Source: Candidatus Saccharimonadota bacterium (GTDB lineage Bacteria; Pseudomonadota; Alphaproteobacteria; Rickettsiales; Anaplasmataceae). From it: DNA of 32,000 nucleotides. A program made the position numbers and the translations under genes. The notes beneath the pieces are model-generated. The model had not been told where the DNA came from and searched no databases. It was given only the letters and a program-made list of their open reading frames with translations. The stretch spans positions 420,001-452,000 of the forward strand of contig NZ_CP046579.1 of assembly GCF_013365475.1 (NCBI RefSeq), read 5' to 3'. Shown piece by piece: positions 21,031 through 31,699 of this stretch (position 1 is its first letter; each line of letters begins with the position of its first letter).

Positions 21031-22824
21031 ATGAATAATATAAGAAATTTTGCAATAATAGCGCATATAGATCATGGAAAATCAACACTTGCTGATCGTT
21101 TGATAGAAAGGTGTAATGGTCTTGAGATGAGAGAAATGACTGATCAAGTGCTTGATTCAATGGAGATAGAACGTGAGCGTGGAATCACAATCAAAGCGCA
21201 GACCGTAAAACTTGACTATACTACAAGTAATGGCAATCAATATTGCTTAAATCTGATGGACACTCCAGGTCATGTTGATTTTTCATATGAAGTAAGTCGA
21301 AGCTTGGCTGCATGTGAAGGTTCTCTTTTAGTAGTGGATAGCAGCCAGGGAGTTGAAGTTCAGACTATTTCGAATGTGCATAAGGCAATTGATAATAATC
21401 ATGAGATAATAGTTGTACTCAACAAAGTTGATCTCCCTGCTGCAGACCCAGAGAGGGTAAAGCTTCAGATTGAAGAAGTCATTGGTATTGATACAAGCAA
21501 GTCAATTTTAATATCTGCAAAAACTGGATTTGGGATAAAGGACGTATTAGAAGCGATAGTAACGAGACTTCCAGCACCACATGGTGACATGAATGCTCCT
21601 CTACAAGCAATTTTGATTGATAGTTGGTATGATGCTTACCTTGGAGTAGTAATTTTAGTGCGTGTTAAAAATGGAATACTAAAAAAAGGCATGAGAATTG
21701 TTATGATGTCTAGTAAAGCTGTATATCAGGTAGATAATATTGGTATTTTTACTCCCAAAAAATTTATGACTGGTAAACTTTCAACAGGTGAAGTTGGGTT
21801 TATAACTGCTTCGATAAAAGAAATGACGGATTGTAAAGTAGGAGATACTCTTACCGAAGAGAAAAGACCATGCAGTGAGGCATTCCCTGGGTTTAAAGAA
21901 GTACACCCTGTAGTATTTTGTAGTATTTTCCCTAACAAAACTGATAATTTTAAGTATTTAAGAGAAGCGTTAGAGAAGTTACACTTAAATGACGCAAGTT
22001 TTACTTTTGAAACTGAGACTTCAAATGCACTCGGTTATGGGTTTCGTTGTGGGTTTTTAGGAATGTTGCATCTTGAAGTTATTCAAGAAAGGCTTCAGAG
22101 AGAATTTGATTTAGGTCTGATATCAACTGCTCCAAGTGTTATATACAGGGTCATAACACAAAGCAATGAAATTATCAATATCCGTAACTCTAGCGATATG
22201 CCAGATCCAATAAAAATTAAGATAGTAGAGGAACCATGGATTTCTGCAACTATAATGGTACCAGACCAACATTTAGGAAGGATTCTATCTTTATGTAAAG
22301 AAAGAAGGGGAGAACAGAAAAGCTTATCTTATACTGCTAAAACAACAGTCTTATTAAGGTATAAATTGCCACTGTCTGAGGTTGTTTTTGATTTTTACGA
22401 TAGGCTGAAATCCATTTCTAATGGATATGCAAGTTTGGACTGGGAAATTTCTGATTATCAGGAAAGTCAAATAGATAGGTTAAGTTTTTTAGTTAATGGG
22501 AAACAAGTTGATGCATTGGCTTGTATTGTCCACAAAAGCAAAATAGAAAAAAGAGGGCGGGAAATATGCTCTCGTTTGAAGGACTTGATACCTAGACAGC
22601 AATATAAAATTACAATTCAGGCAGTGGTAGGCAGTAAAATTGTTGCCAGAGAAGTAATTAACCCATACAGGAAAGATGTTACAGCTAAACTCTATGGTGG
22701 TGATGTAACCCGAAGGATGAAACTTTTAGAGAAACAAAATAAAGGCAAGAAAAAGCTTCATTCTATAGGTAGTGTAAATATTCCACATAGTGCTTTTATC
22801 CAGGCTCTAAAAATGAATAATTAG
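21031..22824 (+). CDS. lepA: Translation elongation factor 4 (LepA)
   Basis: 597 aa with [19 protein letters not shown] (G1), DTPGHVDF (G3) and NKVDL (G4). LepA-specific C-terminal domain present ([32 protein letters not shown]...[12 protein letters not shown]...[21 protein letters not shown]). Confidence 0.97.
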   Translation: MNNIRNFAIIAHIDHGKSTLADRLIERCNGLEMREMTDQVLDSMEIERERGITIKAQTVKLDYTTSNGNQYCLNLMDTPGHVDFSYEVSRSLAACEGSLLVVDSSQGVEVQTISNVHKAIDNNHEIIVVLNKVDLPAADPERVKLQIEEVIGIDTSKSILISAKTGFGIKDVLEAIVTRLPAPHGDMNAPLQAILIDSWYDAYLGVVILVRVKNGILKKGMRIVMMSSKAVYQVDNIGIFTPKKFMTGKLSTGEVGFITASIKEMTDCKVGDTLTEEKRPCSEAFPGFKEVHPVVFCSIFPNKTDNFKYLREALEKLHLNDASFTFETETSNALGYGFRCGFLGMLHLEVIQERLQREFDLGLISTAPSVIYRVITQSNEIINIRNSSDMPDPIKIKIVEEPWISATIMVPDQHLGRILSLCKERRGEQKSLSYTAKTTVLLRYKLPLSEVVFDFYDRLKSISNGYASLDWEISDYQESQIDRLSFLVNGKQVDALACIVHKSKIEKRGREICSRLKDLIPRQQYKITIQAVVGSKIVAREVINPYRKDVTAKLYGGDVTRRMKLLEKQNKGKKKLHSIGSVNIPHSAFIQALKMNN

Positions 22825-22848
22825 TACATGAAAGTACAGCTGAAGATA

Positions 22849-24123
22849 CTAGGATTTATTAATAAAGTGTTCATCTACGTAATTATCAATAATTACCTTA
22901 AATTCTTCAAATATGTTGCTGCCTTGTAAAGTTTTAAAATACTTGCCATCTTTATAAACTGCTGAAACTGGCTTTTCTTCACGCCCAGGTAAACTAATTC
23001 CTAAATTAGCATGTTTACTTTCTCCTGGTCCATTTACAATACAACCCATAACGGCGATGTTCATATGTTCTACACCTGGATTTTTTTTCTTCCAGGTTGG
23101 CATGCGAGCTTTGATATAGTCATTTACTGCTCCAGTTAATGCACGAAAACGATCACTGCTTGTACGCCCACATCCTGGGCAGGAGATAACTTGAGGATGA
23201 AAGTAACGCAATCCTATGGACTGCAATATTTCTTGGCATAACATCACCTCATTAGTTCGTGATTCACCTGGACGTTGAGTTAAAGAAGCACGTATCGTAT
23301 CTCCAATTCCATTTTGTAGTAAGTAAGTAAGCCCTGCCGTAGTGCTTACTATGCCCTTATTGCCCATGCCAGCTTCCGTTAAGCCTAAGTGTAAAGCATA
23401 ATTAGAAGACCGTGCAAGGGCTGTATAAATTAAAATTAGATCTTGTACTTTGCTTACTTTGCAAGAGATAATTATTTTATCTGAGTTGAGTCCAATTTCT
23501 TCAGCCTTTTCTGCACTATTAAGGGCCGACATTGTAAGTGCATTACGTAATATAATATCAGGTGATTTTGGGTTAATAGATAAAAAGTTTTCATCCATCA
23601 GTTTTTGTATAAGATATCTATCAAGGCTGCCCCAATTTACTCCGATCCTGACAGGAAGATCATACTTAACTGCATATTCTATAACTCTCTCAAATTTCTT
23701 ATCACGTTTATTACCAAAACCTATATTACCTGGGTTTATCCTGATTTTGCCTAGCATTTTGATGTTGCTTGGATAATTTTGAATTAACTTGTCTAGCTCA
23801 TATTGCCCGCAACCTACTAGTATTTTACCATCAAAACCTTCCTTATTTATCTCTTCTACTATATAAGGTATCGCTCTTGCTACTTCCTCCGAATTTAAGG
23901 AGATTCGTACCAGCTCTGAACCAGCACATGCTAGTTCTATTATTTCTTTTGCGTATTGCTTAGCACTTTTTTTTATATTGTTAGGGTCTATATATACACC
24001 AAGTGCCATAGATTGCACAGCTATAGGATTATTCCCACCTATTTTTACTTGTCCAACTTTTACAACATGAGTCTTGTGCCGAGAAGATTTATATAATTCA
24101 TCCAATGGACCTGTATTCAGCAT
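22849..24123 (-). CDS. ispG: 4-hydroxy-3-methylbut-2-en-1-yl diphosphate synthase (MEP pathway)
   Basis: [12 protein letters not shown] and RINPGNIG. The [4Fe-4S] ligand region is SCPGCGRT ... GCIVNGPGE. The ATG at 24123 ([11 protein letters not shown]...) is preferred to the GTG at 24150 used by the track. Confidence 0.93.
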   Translation of the reverse strand: MLNTGPLDELYKSSRHKTHVVKVGQVKIGGNNPIAVQSMALGVYIDPNNIKKSAKQYAKEIIELACAGSELVRISLNSEEVARAIPYIVEEINKEGFDGKILVGCGQYELDKLIQNYPSNIKMLGKIRINPGNIGFGNKRDKKFERVIEYAVKYDLPVRIGVNWGSLDRYLIQKLMDENFLSINPKSPDIILRNALTMSALNSAEKAEEIGLNSDKIIISCKVSKVQDLILIYTALARSSNYALHLGLTEAGMGNKGIVSTTAGLTYLLQNGIGDTIRASLTQRPGESRTNEVMLCQEILQSIGLRYFHPQVISCPGCGRTSSDRFRALTGAVNDYIKARMPTWKKKNPGVEHMNIAVMGCIVNGPGESKHANLGISLPGREEKPVSAVYKDGKYFKTLQGSNIFEEFKVIIDNYVDEHFINKS

Positions 24124-24133
24124 ATCTTTAAAT

Positions 24134-24772
24134 CTATTCTGACATATCACATATGTCCTCAGAAGAATTTAAGCTACTTGGTTTATGTTGTATCCCATTA
24201 TAGGGATGAGTAATAGACTTATGTAAACAAGTTTTCTTTACTGGTATGTTTTTTTTAGTGACATTTATGGATGATGTTTTTTCTTGTACTTCCTTAACCT
24301 TCTCCTTCTCTTGATGTTTATTCTCTTGCTGCTCACTTACATGTCTGTAAACCTCCTCTTGGTCTATAAATATGGCCCCTTTTAGACGTGCAATATTAAT
24401 ACCATATTGGTTTACCATAGCATCCTTTCCATCGTCACATATACAGGTTTCTAAATTGCTTACCTCCCTATTAAGATTAAGGAGGTTAACTTTTTTTTTC
24501 TCTAATTTTTTAGCTAAATTCTCCTTACTTGTATTGGTATTAATCATACTTTGCAATTTTTTCTTCTTCAGAATTTCTCTACGCTTCTTATATAACTTAT
24601 AAGACTCAGCAAAATCTTCATCTTCATAAAAGTTCACACCACCAGGATTACCTGGAGGTTTGTATTTCTCACTAAGTTTTAACTTAGATTTAGTTTCAGC
24701 ACTGTATCCAATAAGAAAGGTAGAAATTAAAAACATCAGTGCAAACTGAACCTTAAAAAAAGCCTTAGGCAT
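24134..24772 (-). CDS. Hypothetical lysine/glutamate-rich protein with N-terminal signal peptide
   Basis: 212-aa ATG-initiated ORF. N-terminus [25 protein letters not shown]|ETKS resembles a Sec signal. The remainder is highly charged ([38 protein letters not shown]) with 4 Cys. Its stop lies 10 nt upstream of the ispG ATG. I recognise no family. Confidence 0.55.
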   Translation of the reverse strand: MPKAFFKVQFALMFLISTFLIGYSAETKSKLKLSEKYKPPGNPGGVNFYEDEDFAESYKLYKKRREILKKKKLQSMINTNTSKENLAKKLEKKKVNLLNLNREVSNLETCICDDGKDAMVNQYGINIARLKGAIFIDQEEVYRHVSEQQENKHQEKEKVKEVQEKTSSINVTKKNIPVKKTCLHKSITHPYNGIQHKPSSLNSSEDICDMSE

Positions 24773-25124
24773 ATGGTTTCATAATAAGTATTATTTTCCT
24801 TAAAATAACAACTAACGGCCTTTAAGTAAACCTGAATCTTTACCAATTTTGTAATGAATAATAGCTTATAAATGATTTGGAATAATTTTGTCACGCTTCT
24901 AGCCTTCGAAAGGCATAGCTATACTTGTATACCTATCTAAGTAAGAAAATTAATGAGCCAATCAAATCATGTAGTTAGGAAGTAGAGCTATTATAAAGAT
25001 ATTGACTCTTAGATACATACACAATTTTTTATGAAGATAGATTAATCTAATAAATTCAGAAGTGATACCATGAAATTATAATAACAATCCTTAGTACTTA
25101 AGAAGTATGGTAACTAAAAACCGT

Positions 25125-26009
25125 CTAATAACTGCCTAAAACTCTTATTTCCCATTCAAGCTCGACGTTAAACTTATCTTTTACTTTGTCTTTTACTATG
25201 TTGCCAAGGGTTTCTAGTTCAAACGAAGTTGCATTATTACAATTGATCAGAAAATTGCAGTGCTTCTTAGAGATTTTAGCTCCTCCATTATTTAATCCTC
25301 GGCAACCAGACTCATCAATCAATTTCCATGCTTGGAAGTTTTTTGGATTTTTAAACAAGCATCCAGCAGTTTTTCCTGTTGGCTGGCTTTTATTTTTTTC
25401 ATAGATAATTTTCTTTAGTTTTTTGAGTATGATCTTGCGCTCTGAACCTATACCTTTAAACTCAGCCTCGACAAAAATCCATCGTCCATTCAAGCTATGT
25501 CCGCGGTAAATATAACCCATCTTTTCGCTTGAGAATTCATACAAGTCTCCATCTTCTAAATTTACTGCTTTTATGGACTGTATGATGCTTGCAATATCTC
25601 TGCCATAAGCACCTGCGTTCATTTCTATTCCACCACCAACTGTTCCTGGAATTCCAACTAAAAACTCTAGTCCGCTGATTTGTCGCTCACTAGCAAAGTA
25701 AGCTAGATCTTTGAGTAATACAGCACCACCAGCAACGATAGAATTATTTCCTATGAACCTAATATATCTGAATCCCTTACCCAATTTTACTGTTATCCCT
25801 CGAATACCATTATCCCGTACTATTATATTTGATGTTGCACCGATAACATTAATTAGCGATTCAGTCTTCTTAATCAAGCATGTTAAATCTTCAATATCAT
25901 TTGGTTTGAATAATACATCAGCTTGCCCGCCAACGTTTAACCATGTTATTTTAGACATTGAAGCGTTATATCGATAAATCCCACGTATTTTGGGTAAGCT
26001 CATAAGCAT
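25125..26009 (-). CDS. murB: UDP-N-acetylenolpyruvoylglucosamine reductase
   Basis: NVGGQADVLF, GIPGTVGGGIEMNAGAYG and AGCLFKNP. An alternative ATG at 26003 would give an ATGA overlap with the hemC stop. Confidence 0.9.
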   Translation of the reverse strand: MLMSLPKIRGIYRYNASMSKITWLNVGGQADVLFKPNDIEDLTCLIKKTESLINVIGATSNIIVRDNGIRGITVKLGKGFRYIRFIGNNSIVAGGAVLLKDLAYFASERQISGLEFLVGIPGTVGGGIEMNAGAYGRDIASIIQSIKAVNLEDGDLYEFSSEKMGYIYRGHSLNGRWIFVEAEFKGIGSERKIILKKLKKIIYEKNKSQPTGKTAGCLFKNPKNFQAWKLIDESGCRGLNNGGAKISKKHCNFLINCNNATSFELETLGNIVKDKVKDKFNVELEWEIRVLGSY

Positions 26010-26878
26010 CTTGATTTTAACTCAAACCCTGCATCTACACCGATTTTTTCTGCATCTTCTGCGAACGAAGTACGCTCAGTAAAGTATATATCTTTTTCAT
26101 CTGCTAGCATACAATAAAGATGTAGCAAGTTTTCGCTTGTATATTCTGCTAAAGCTGCGAGTGGTGTAAAGCATGAGCCATTTACTGTCTTCATAAAACT
26201 GCGTTCTGACTTTATTCTTATATAAGATCTACTGTCATTAATTTTTTCTAAAAGGTTAATGATTTTTACATCATTTTTCCGACATTGTATGCAAATTGCT
26301 CCTTGTCCTACTGCACTTAACATAGTTTTTGGTAGCAATACCTCTGTAACTAAGAAACGTTTTTTTAATCTTATCAAACCAGCTTCAGCTAGAATCATTC
26401 CATCAAAACTATGGTTTTGCAGCCTAGTTATTACATTTCCACGTAACGGTACTATATTTAAATCTGGTCTGAAATTTAGCAATTGGACTTTTCTTCTTAT
26501 TGAAGAAGTCGCAATCGTAGCCTGCTGCGGCAAAGCTTCAAGGCTGCTATGTTTATTAGAAATAAATGCATCGTATGAACTTAGTCTCTCTAAGGTGCAA
26601 GGAATTACTAAGTCTTTCGAGAAAAATGCTGGAACATCTTTTACTGAATGCACTGCCATATCTATATTCTTCTTAAGGAGTTCAATTTCAATTTCCTTGA
26701 GGAATAATCCTTTACCTCCTATTTTTGCAAGGTTTACATCAGTATATTTGTCACCTGAAGTCCTTATCTTAACTATTTTGATAGATAAATCAGAAAAAGA
26801 GCTGATCAATTTCTGTTTTACTTCTAAAGCCTGAATGATGGCAAGTTTGCTTTCTCTGGTACCTATTTTAACTAACAT
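26000..26878 (-). CDS. hemC: Porphobilinogen deaminase (hydroxymethylbilane synthase)
   Basis: KIGTRESKLAIIQ, GGKGLFLKEIE, AVHSVKDVP, LRGNVITRL and GQGAICIQCR. The cofactor-binding Cys region is VNGSCFTPLAA. Confidence 0.92.
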   Translation of the reverse strand: MLVKIGTRESKLAIIQALEVKQKLISSFSDLSIKIVKIRTSGDKYTDVNLAKIGGKGLFLKEIEIELLKKNIDMAVHSVKDVPAFFSKDLVIPCTLERLSSYDAFISNKHSSLEALPQQATIATSSIRRKVQLLNFRPDLNIVPLRGNVITRLQNHSFDGMILAEAGLIRLKKRFLVTEVLLPKTMLSAVGQGAICIQCRKNDVKIINLLEKINDSRSYIRIKSERSFMKTVNGSCFTPLAALAEYTSENLLHLYCMLADEKDIYFTERTSFAEDAEKIGVDAGFELKSRCL

Positions 26879-26944
26879 ATATTAAGTTTTAACTTAAATA
26901 GTTTACACAATTAGTCTATAATCAATGTTTTATACTTACAACTT

Positions 26945-28459
26945 ATGTGTAATTGGCTTATAATTAAGTCTTTCTTAGTGCTGTCTGTTTTCTTGTTTGC
27001 TTTATATGTAATATTACCAAATTCATTTGATAATAGGGTTTTTATTTCGAAAAAGAAAATCAACTTGGGACTTGATTTGAAGGGTGGATCGTCTCTACTT
27101 TTTGATGTAGACTTGAATTCCTACTTCAAAGAAAGATTGAGTACACTAGCAGATGAGATAAAAGAAAGTCTGCTAACAAGAGACATTGAATCCAGTGTAC
27201 AAAGTGATAAGCAAGTAGTTATAACTTTGGCTAATGCTGATGACTATAAAAGAACTTCTATATTAATTCACAAGATGAACTCAAACTTAGACTTAAATAA
27301 AAAAGATACCTTAATTTTCATCTCATATAAACCTTATTACAAAAATTATCTAACCAATAAAGTAATTTCGGAATCAATGAATAATCTACAGAGACGCTTA
27401 GATAAACTTGGTACTAAAGAAGTAAGGATCCAAAAACAAGGACGAAACAAGATATTAGTTCAAGTGCCTGGTATAGAAGACATTGAGCAAATAAAATCTT
27501 TACTTGGTAAAACTGCTAAGCTATCCTTCCATTTGGCAAACACTAACGTAGCTAAGATGAGAGATATAGATCATGAAACTACAGTGATACTTAAAGACCA
27601 TTGGGGTAGCTCTTATCCCGTATTTCGAAAAACTGAAATGAGTGGTACTTCGTTGGTGAATTCGTCAGTTAGATTTAACCACTTGGGTAAACCAACAGTA
27701 CACTTTAAATTTGATAGTATAGCAAGTAAAAGATTTGCAAAAACTACTAAAGAAAATGTAGGAAAGCCCTTTGCAATCATTTTAGATAACACGGTCTTAG
27801 CTATGCCAATAATACGTGAACCCATCCTAAATGGCGAAGGAGAAATTAGTGGTAATTTCACTGAGAAGCAAGCAAGTGAGCTTGCAATACTTTTAAAATC
27901 TGGAGCACTACCAGCACCACTTAAAATAATAGAGGAGAAAAACATTGGTCCAATTCTTGGAGAAGAGTCAATAAAAGCAGGGAAAATAGCAGCAGTAATC
28001 TCTGTTATAGCGGTTGCCGTCTTTATAATTATAGTTTACGGTAAATTAGGCTTATTAGCATCTATTGCACTGCTTTTTAATGTGATTTCTATACTATTAA
28101 TTCTTACTTTACTTGAAGCAACTCTAACTCTACCAGGAATTGCTGGGATTGCACTAACTGTTGGCATGTCAGTAGACGCAAATGTTTTGATATTCGAGCG
28201 CATTCGTGAGGAAATAAGGTCAGGAAAAAGAACAATTCGTGCCATTGAAGAAGGCTTCAAAGGTGCAATAAAAACAATTCTTGATTCAAATATAACAACA
28301 CTAATTGCTGCTGGAATAATGTTTATTATTGGTAGAGGAGCGATTAGAGGCTTTTCTGTTACCCTATCAATAGGAGTTTTATGCTCGATGTTTTCTGCAA
28401 TCATAGTTACAAAACTGCTAATAGAATTGTGTGTAAATCCAGAAAAATTAGTCCTTTAG
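26945..28459 (+). CDS. secD: Protein translocase subunit SecD
   Basis: 504 aa with an N-terminal TM, LGLDLKGGSSLLF, FAIILDNTVLAMPIIREPI, LLKSGALPAPLKIIEEKNIGPILG and the C-terminal 5-TM bundle (DANVLIFERIREE). Confidence 0.9.
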   Translation: MCNWLIIKSFLVLSVFLFALYVILPNSFDNRVFISKKKINLGLDLKGGSSLLFDVDLNSYFKERLSTLADEIKESLLTRDIESSVQSDKQVVITLANADDYKRTSILIHKMNSNLDLNKKDTLIFISYKPYYKNYLTNKVISESMNNLQRRLDKLGTKEVRIQKQGRNKILVQVPGIEDIEQIKSLLGKTAKLSFHLANTNVAKMRDIDHETTVILKDHWGSSYPVFRKTEMSGTSLVNSSVRFNHLGKPTVHFKFDSIASKRFAKTTKENVGKPFAIILDNTVLAMPIIREPILNGEGEISGNFTEKQASELAILLKSGALPAPLKIIEEKNIGPILGEESIKAGKIAAVISVIAVAVFIIIVYGKLGLLASIALLFNVISILLILTLLEATLTLPGIAGIALTVGMSVDANVLIFERIREEIRSGKRTIRAIEEGFKGAIKTILDSNITTLIAAGIMFIIGRGAIRGFSVTLSIGVLCSMFSAIIVTKLLIELCVNPEKLVL

Positions 28460-29196
28460 TTTAGTGTATTGCTACAAAAATAGTAAAATCGCATGTAAGT
28501 CATCTTGAAGCCTGCTTTATGTATAAATTTGTAGTGCTTTTCTATATCTCTTGTGGAGACTACTTTTTGTTTACATTAAAATAATTAAGTTATACTTAGG
28601 CGACAAAGATACTTGAGTGACATATTTATCAACTTACTCAGCTTGACAAAGCTTAACTGTAATTTTTCTACCTTATATGCTTAAAGTCAGTTATCTCTTC
28701 AAATTTTGAGAGTCTCTTTATAAAAGGAGAAGTTAATAATATAATAATAAAGTATAATTACTTTTTTATTAGTGAGCTTATAAAAAGATAGGTAGAGCTA
28801 CATCAAATGTTCTCTGCATGAACTAGAAAGATGACGGTTGATTCTTATACTTCTTATAGTATTTACTTGCATCCATATTTATGTATTTCATATCCAAACA
28901 TTTTCGATTTTCCTGCTGATCATGCAATATAAAGGGTATATTATCTAATTCAGTGATAAAAGTGATTGTGCCAGATCAGTATTGCATTTTTCTAAGTTAC
29001 CTAGTAATGTTAAAGCTATCAGCAACTATAAGCTATATGCAAAAAAAAATTGGCATAGCTTTATTTTACCAATTGTATCGCAATTGATATATATGCATGT
29101 TTCATTTTGATTACTGAATGTTTATCTCTAAGTTAAATGTTATTTAGGATTTTATGAACATATGATTATCCAAAAAAATACAGGTGGAATTTAAAA

Positions 29197-29793
29197 ATGA
29201 CATTAGATAGAGATAATCCATTAATAAGAGAATTTGAAGAAGCTGGGGCAATTCTACAAGGGCATTTTATCCTATCCTCTGGGCTGCATAGTGGTATATA
29301 TATACAATGTGCTAAAATTTTTGAAAATCCAAATATGGCAATGAAAATTTGTGGGTTACTAGCAAGTAAAATAAAAAAAGAATTAAATAGTTCCATGGAC
29401 TTGGTGCTGTCTCCGGCTATTGGTGGGATCATCGTTGGTTATGAGATTGGTAAGCATCTTGGAATCAAGACAATATTTTGTGAACGTGTTAATGGCAAGT
29501 TTGAATTACGCCGTGGATTTGAAATTAAACGAGGTGAAAAACTATTATTAGTTGAAGATGTGGTAACTACTGGTAAGTCTTCGCTTGAAGCTGTAGAATG
29601 TGCAAAAAATATGGGAGGTGAAGTTGTTGCTGAAGCTTCTATAATCAAGAGAAATATTGAAGTGCAATTACCATTTCCTATTATATCCTTGCTAGAATTA
29701 AATATCAGGAACTATAGTGAACTGGAGGTTCCTGAAGAATTAAAGCAACTACCAATAACTAAGCCAGGAAGCAGAGAGTATCTAACAAAATAA
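29197..29793 (+). CDS. pyrE: Orotate phosphoribosyltransferase
   Basis: 198 aa with GHFILSSGLHSGIYIQC and the PRPP-binding loop LLLVEDVVTTGKSS. A strong SD-like AGGTGGA lies 8 nt upstream of the ATG. Confidence 0.9.
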   Translation: MTLDRDNPLIREFEEAGAILQGHFILSSGLHSGIYIQCAKIFENPNMAMKICGLLASKIKKELNSSMDLVLSPAIGGIIVGYEIGKHLGIKTIFCERVNGKFELRRGFEIKRGEKLLLVEDVVTTGKSSLEAVECAKNMGGEVVAEASIIKRNIEVQLPFPIISLLELNIRNYSELEVPEELKQLPITKPGSREYLTK

Positions 29794-30037
29794 TCTTGTT
29801 TGATGTCATTTAACATGACGAAAAGCACTTGATAAACCTTGCTAATTTTCTTTGAGAACATTTAACTTTATTTACCTAATTTGAATCTATGTAGATAGAA
29901 TAATAGAGATGCTATATAGTTGATCCTTCATGTTTGTCAAACTATGTTACCTCGTACTTTTCTTACTACTTAATAGTTCTTGATTAATGCGCTACAAATT
30001 TCTTAAAATAGTGTGTGATGTTGATTTGCAAGGGTAT

Positions 30038-30076
30038 CAGATAAAACATATCTGCAAGGTTTTTACCTTTTTATTT
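30038..30076 (+). terminator. Tandem small hairpins with T-rich tail (CAGATA-aaaca-TATCTG, then AAGGT-tttt-ACCTT-TTTATTT)
   Basis: Read directly. They lie about 245 nt downstream of the pyrE stop in plus orientation. They may be the pyrE terminator or belong to an eroded gene. The stems are weak. Confidence 0.2.
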
Positions 30077-30268
30077 AGTAAGTTTTTTGATCTCTATAGT
30101 TAGATTAATTCAAGAACTGTCCAACAAACAAACTCAGCGTATGGAATAACAGACTTACATTTCTTTTTAGTGAATTGTGTTCTTGATCTATTTGTATGGT
30201 AAAAAGAGAAAATGCAATGCTAGGATAGTTAATATCTCTTTGTAAAGAGGTAGATGAGAAACTTATTA

Positions 30269-31699
30269 TCAAAAGATTAAAATCTTGATCATTAATACTA
30301 TAATTATAGACCATAACAAAAAGTAAGTCTTTGCACTTGATTTAAGTTTAACTTGAATATTCTCTAATTTTTGATCAGCTATTAAATTTAATTTTTCTAT
30401 AAGGTTGAATACTTCTTGAATTGCTTTTACAGGGTAAGAAGTTCTTATTTTTTCTCTATAATCTGTTTTATTTTTATGTTGATTCTTTATGCATGATTCA
30501 ACTACCTTCCAAATATTGATTTCTGGGCAGGTTTTTCTGCAGATTCCTTCTAGCAAAATCATAGTTTTCTGCAAAAGTAACAATTGTGTTTGAACCTTCA
30601 TATTAAAATCACTAGTTATTTTGAATAACTGGGCAAGTAAATTAGCAAAAGAGATTTTCTGTATAGGTTGCCCTATAATAGGTTCACCTATTGCCCTACA
30701 TGCTGCAACAAAATTTTTGTGTTGTGGGGAAACATAGCCAGCTCTAAAATGTATCTTTGCAACATGGTCATAATTCCGATTTAAAAATCCTCTTAGTATC
30801 TCTACCACACAGTAACACGTTTCGCGATCTATTCGACCCATGATTCCAAAATCTAGAGCAATAATATTGTTGTTAATATCGACCATTAGATTCCCAGGAT
30901 GCATGTCTGCATGGAAGAAGCAGTCTCTATATACTTGATTACAAAATGATTCTATAAGATTGACAGCTACCTGTTTACGATTATTTAGTTTCTCAACTTC
31001 GTATATTGGTGTTGCTTCTACCCATTCTGATGTTAAAACCTTCTTCGAAGTCCTGTGCCAATCTACTTCCGGTACATAGAAGCCTCTATCATCTCTTGTA
31101 TTTTCTCTCAATTCTGAAGAATGAGCAGCTTCAAAACGTAGATCAAGCTCTAATCGACAGATCTCAGCGAAAGTTTTAACTAACTCAATCGGTTTTAATC
31201 TCTTTGATTTTTTGCTAAACCTCTCTATAATTCCTGCAAGCCAAAAAAGCATTTTTATATCTTTCGAGAATATTTCTTCAATATTTGGCCTTAAGATCTT
31301 TACTGCAACTTTTTTACCTTCAGTTGTAGTCGCTCTATGTACTTGAGAAATTGAGGCAGCTGCAATTGGATCCTCAGAAAAATTTAAAAAAATATCGCTT
31401 AGTTTGCAATTAAATTCGCTCTCTATAGTTCTAATTGCTATCTTGTGTGAAAATGGTGGTAATCTATCACATATCAGCAGCAAGTTATCCGTTATATCTT
31501 CGCTTAAAATATCTGTGCGTGATGAAATAGATTGTCCAAATTTAATAAAAACTGGACCTAACTTTTCAAAAGCACACTTTAATTTATAGCCACGTATTTT
31601 ATTTATTGACCTCTGCGAGGTAGAAAATAAACTGCATGATATCCTATAACGGATTAATATCCAAGTTATATATATAAGGCGCAAAATGTTACAAATCAT
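30269..31699 (-). CDS. ubiB: ABC1/UbiB-family atypical kinase (ubiquinone biosynthesis regulator)
   Basis: 476 aa with KLGPVFIKFGQSISSRTDILSEDITDNLLLICDRLPPF, AAASISQVHRA, VAVKILRP and FFHADMHPGNLMV, plus a C-terminal TM. The ATG overlaps the upstream znuC-like stop (ATGA, 31696..31699). Confidence 0.9.
   Translation of the reverse strand: MICNILRLIYITWILIRYRISCSLFSTSQRSINKIRGYKLKCAFEKLGPVFIKFGQSISSRTDILSEDITDNLLLICDRLPPFSHKIAIRTIESEFNCKLSDIFLNFSEDPIAAASISQVHRATTTEGKKVAVKILRPNIEEIFSKDIKMLFWLAGIIERFSKKSKRLKPIELVKTFAEICRLELDLRFEAAHSSELRENTRDDRGFYVPEVDWHRTSKKVLTSEWVEATPIYEVEKLNNRKQVAVNLIESFCNQVYRDCFFHADMHPGNLMVDINNNIIALDFGIMGRIDRETCYCVVEILRGFLNRNYDHVAKIHFRAGYVSPQHKNFVAACRAIGEPIIGQPIQKISFANLLAQLFKITSDFNMKVQTQLLLLQKTMILLEGICRKTCPEINIWKVVESCIKNQHKNKTDYREKIRTSYPVKAIQEVFNLIEKLNLIADQKLENIQVKLKSSAKTYFLLWSIIIVLMIKILIF

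Noticed and set aside
21340-21375. LepA reads QGVEVQT where the translational-GTPase consensus is QGVEAQT, as possible evidence of relaxed selection
   Set aside because: It is a single conservative Ala-to-Val change in an otherwise fully intact 597-aa protein. It is not interpretable without an alignment of relatives.
26259-26834. 191-aa plus-strand ORF, the longest unexplained ORF in the track
   Set aside because: It is entirely nested antisense to hemC, whose minus-strand product has unmistakable porphobilinogen deaminase motifs. The plus-strand peptide is low-complexity with no recognisable motif, so it is a typical shadow ORF.
27613-28404. Two minus-strand ORFs (27613..27945 and 28036..28404) inside secD
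   Set aside because: Both are antisense to well-supported SecD coding sequence and have no recognisable motifs.
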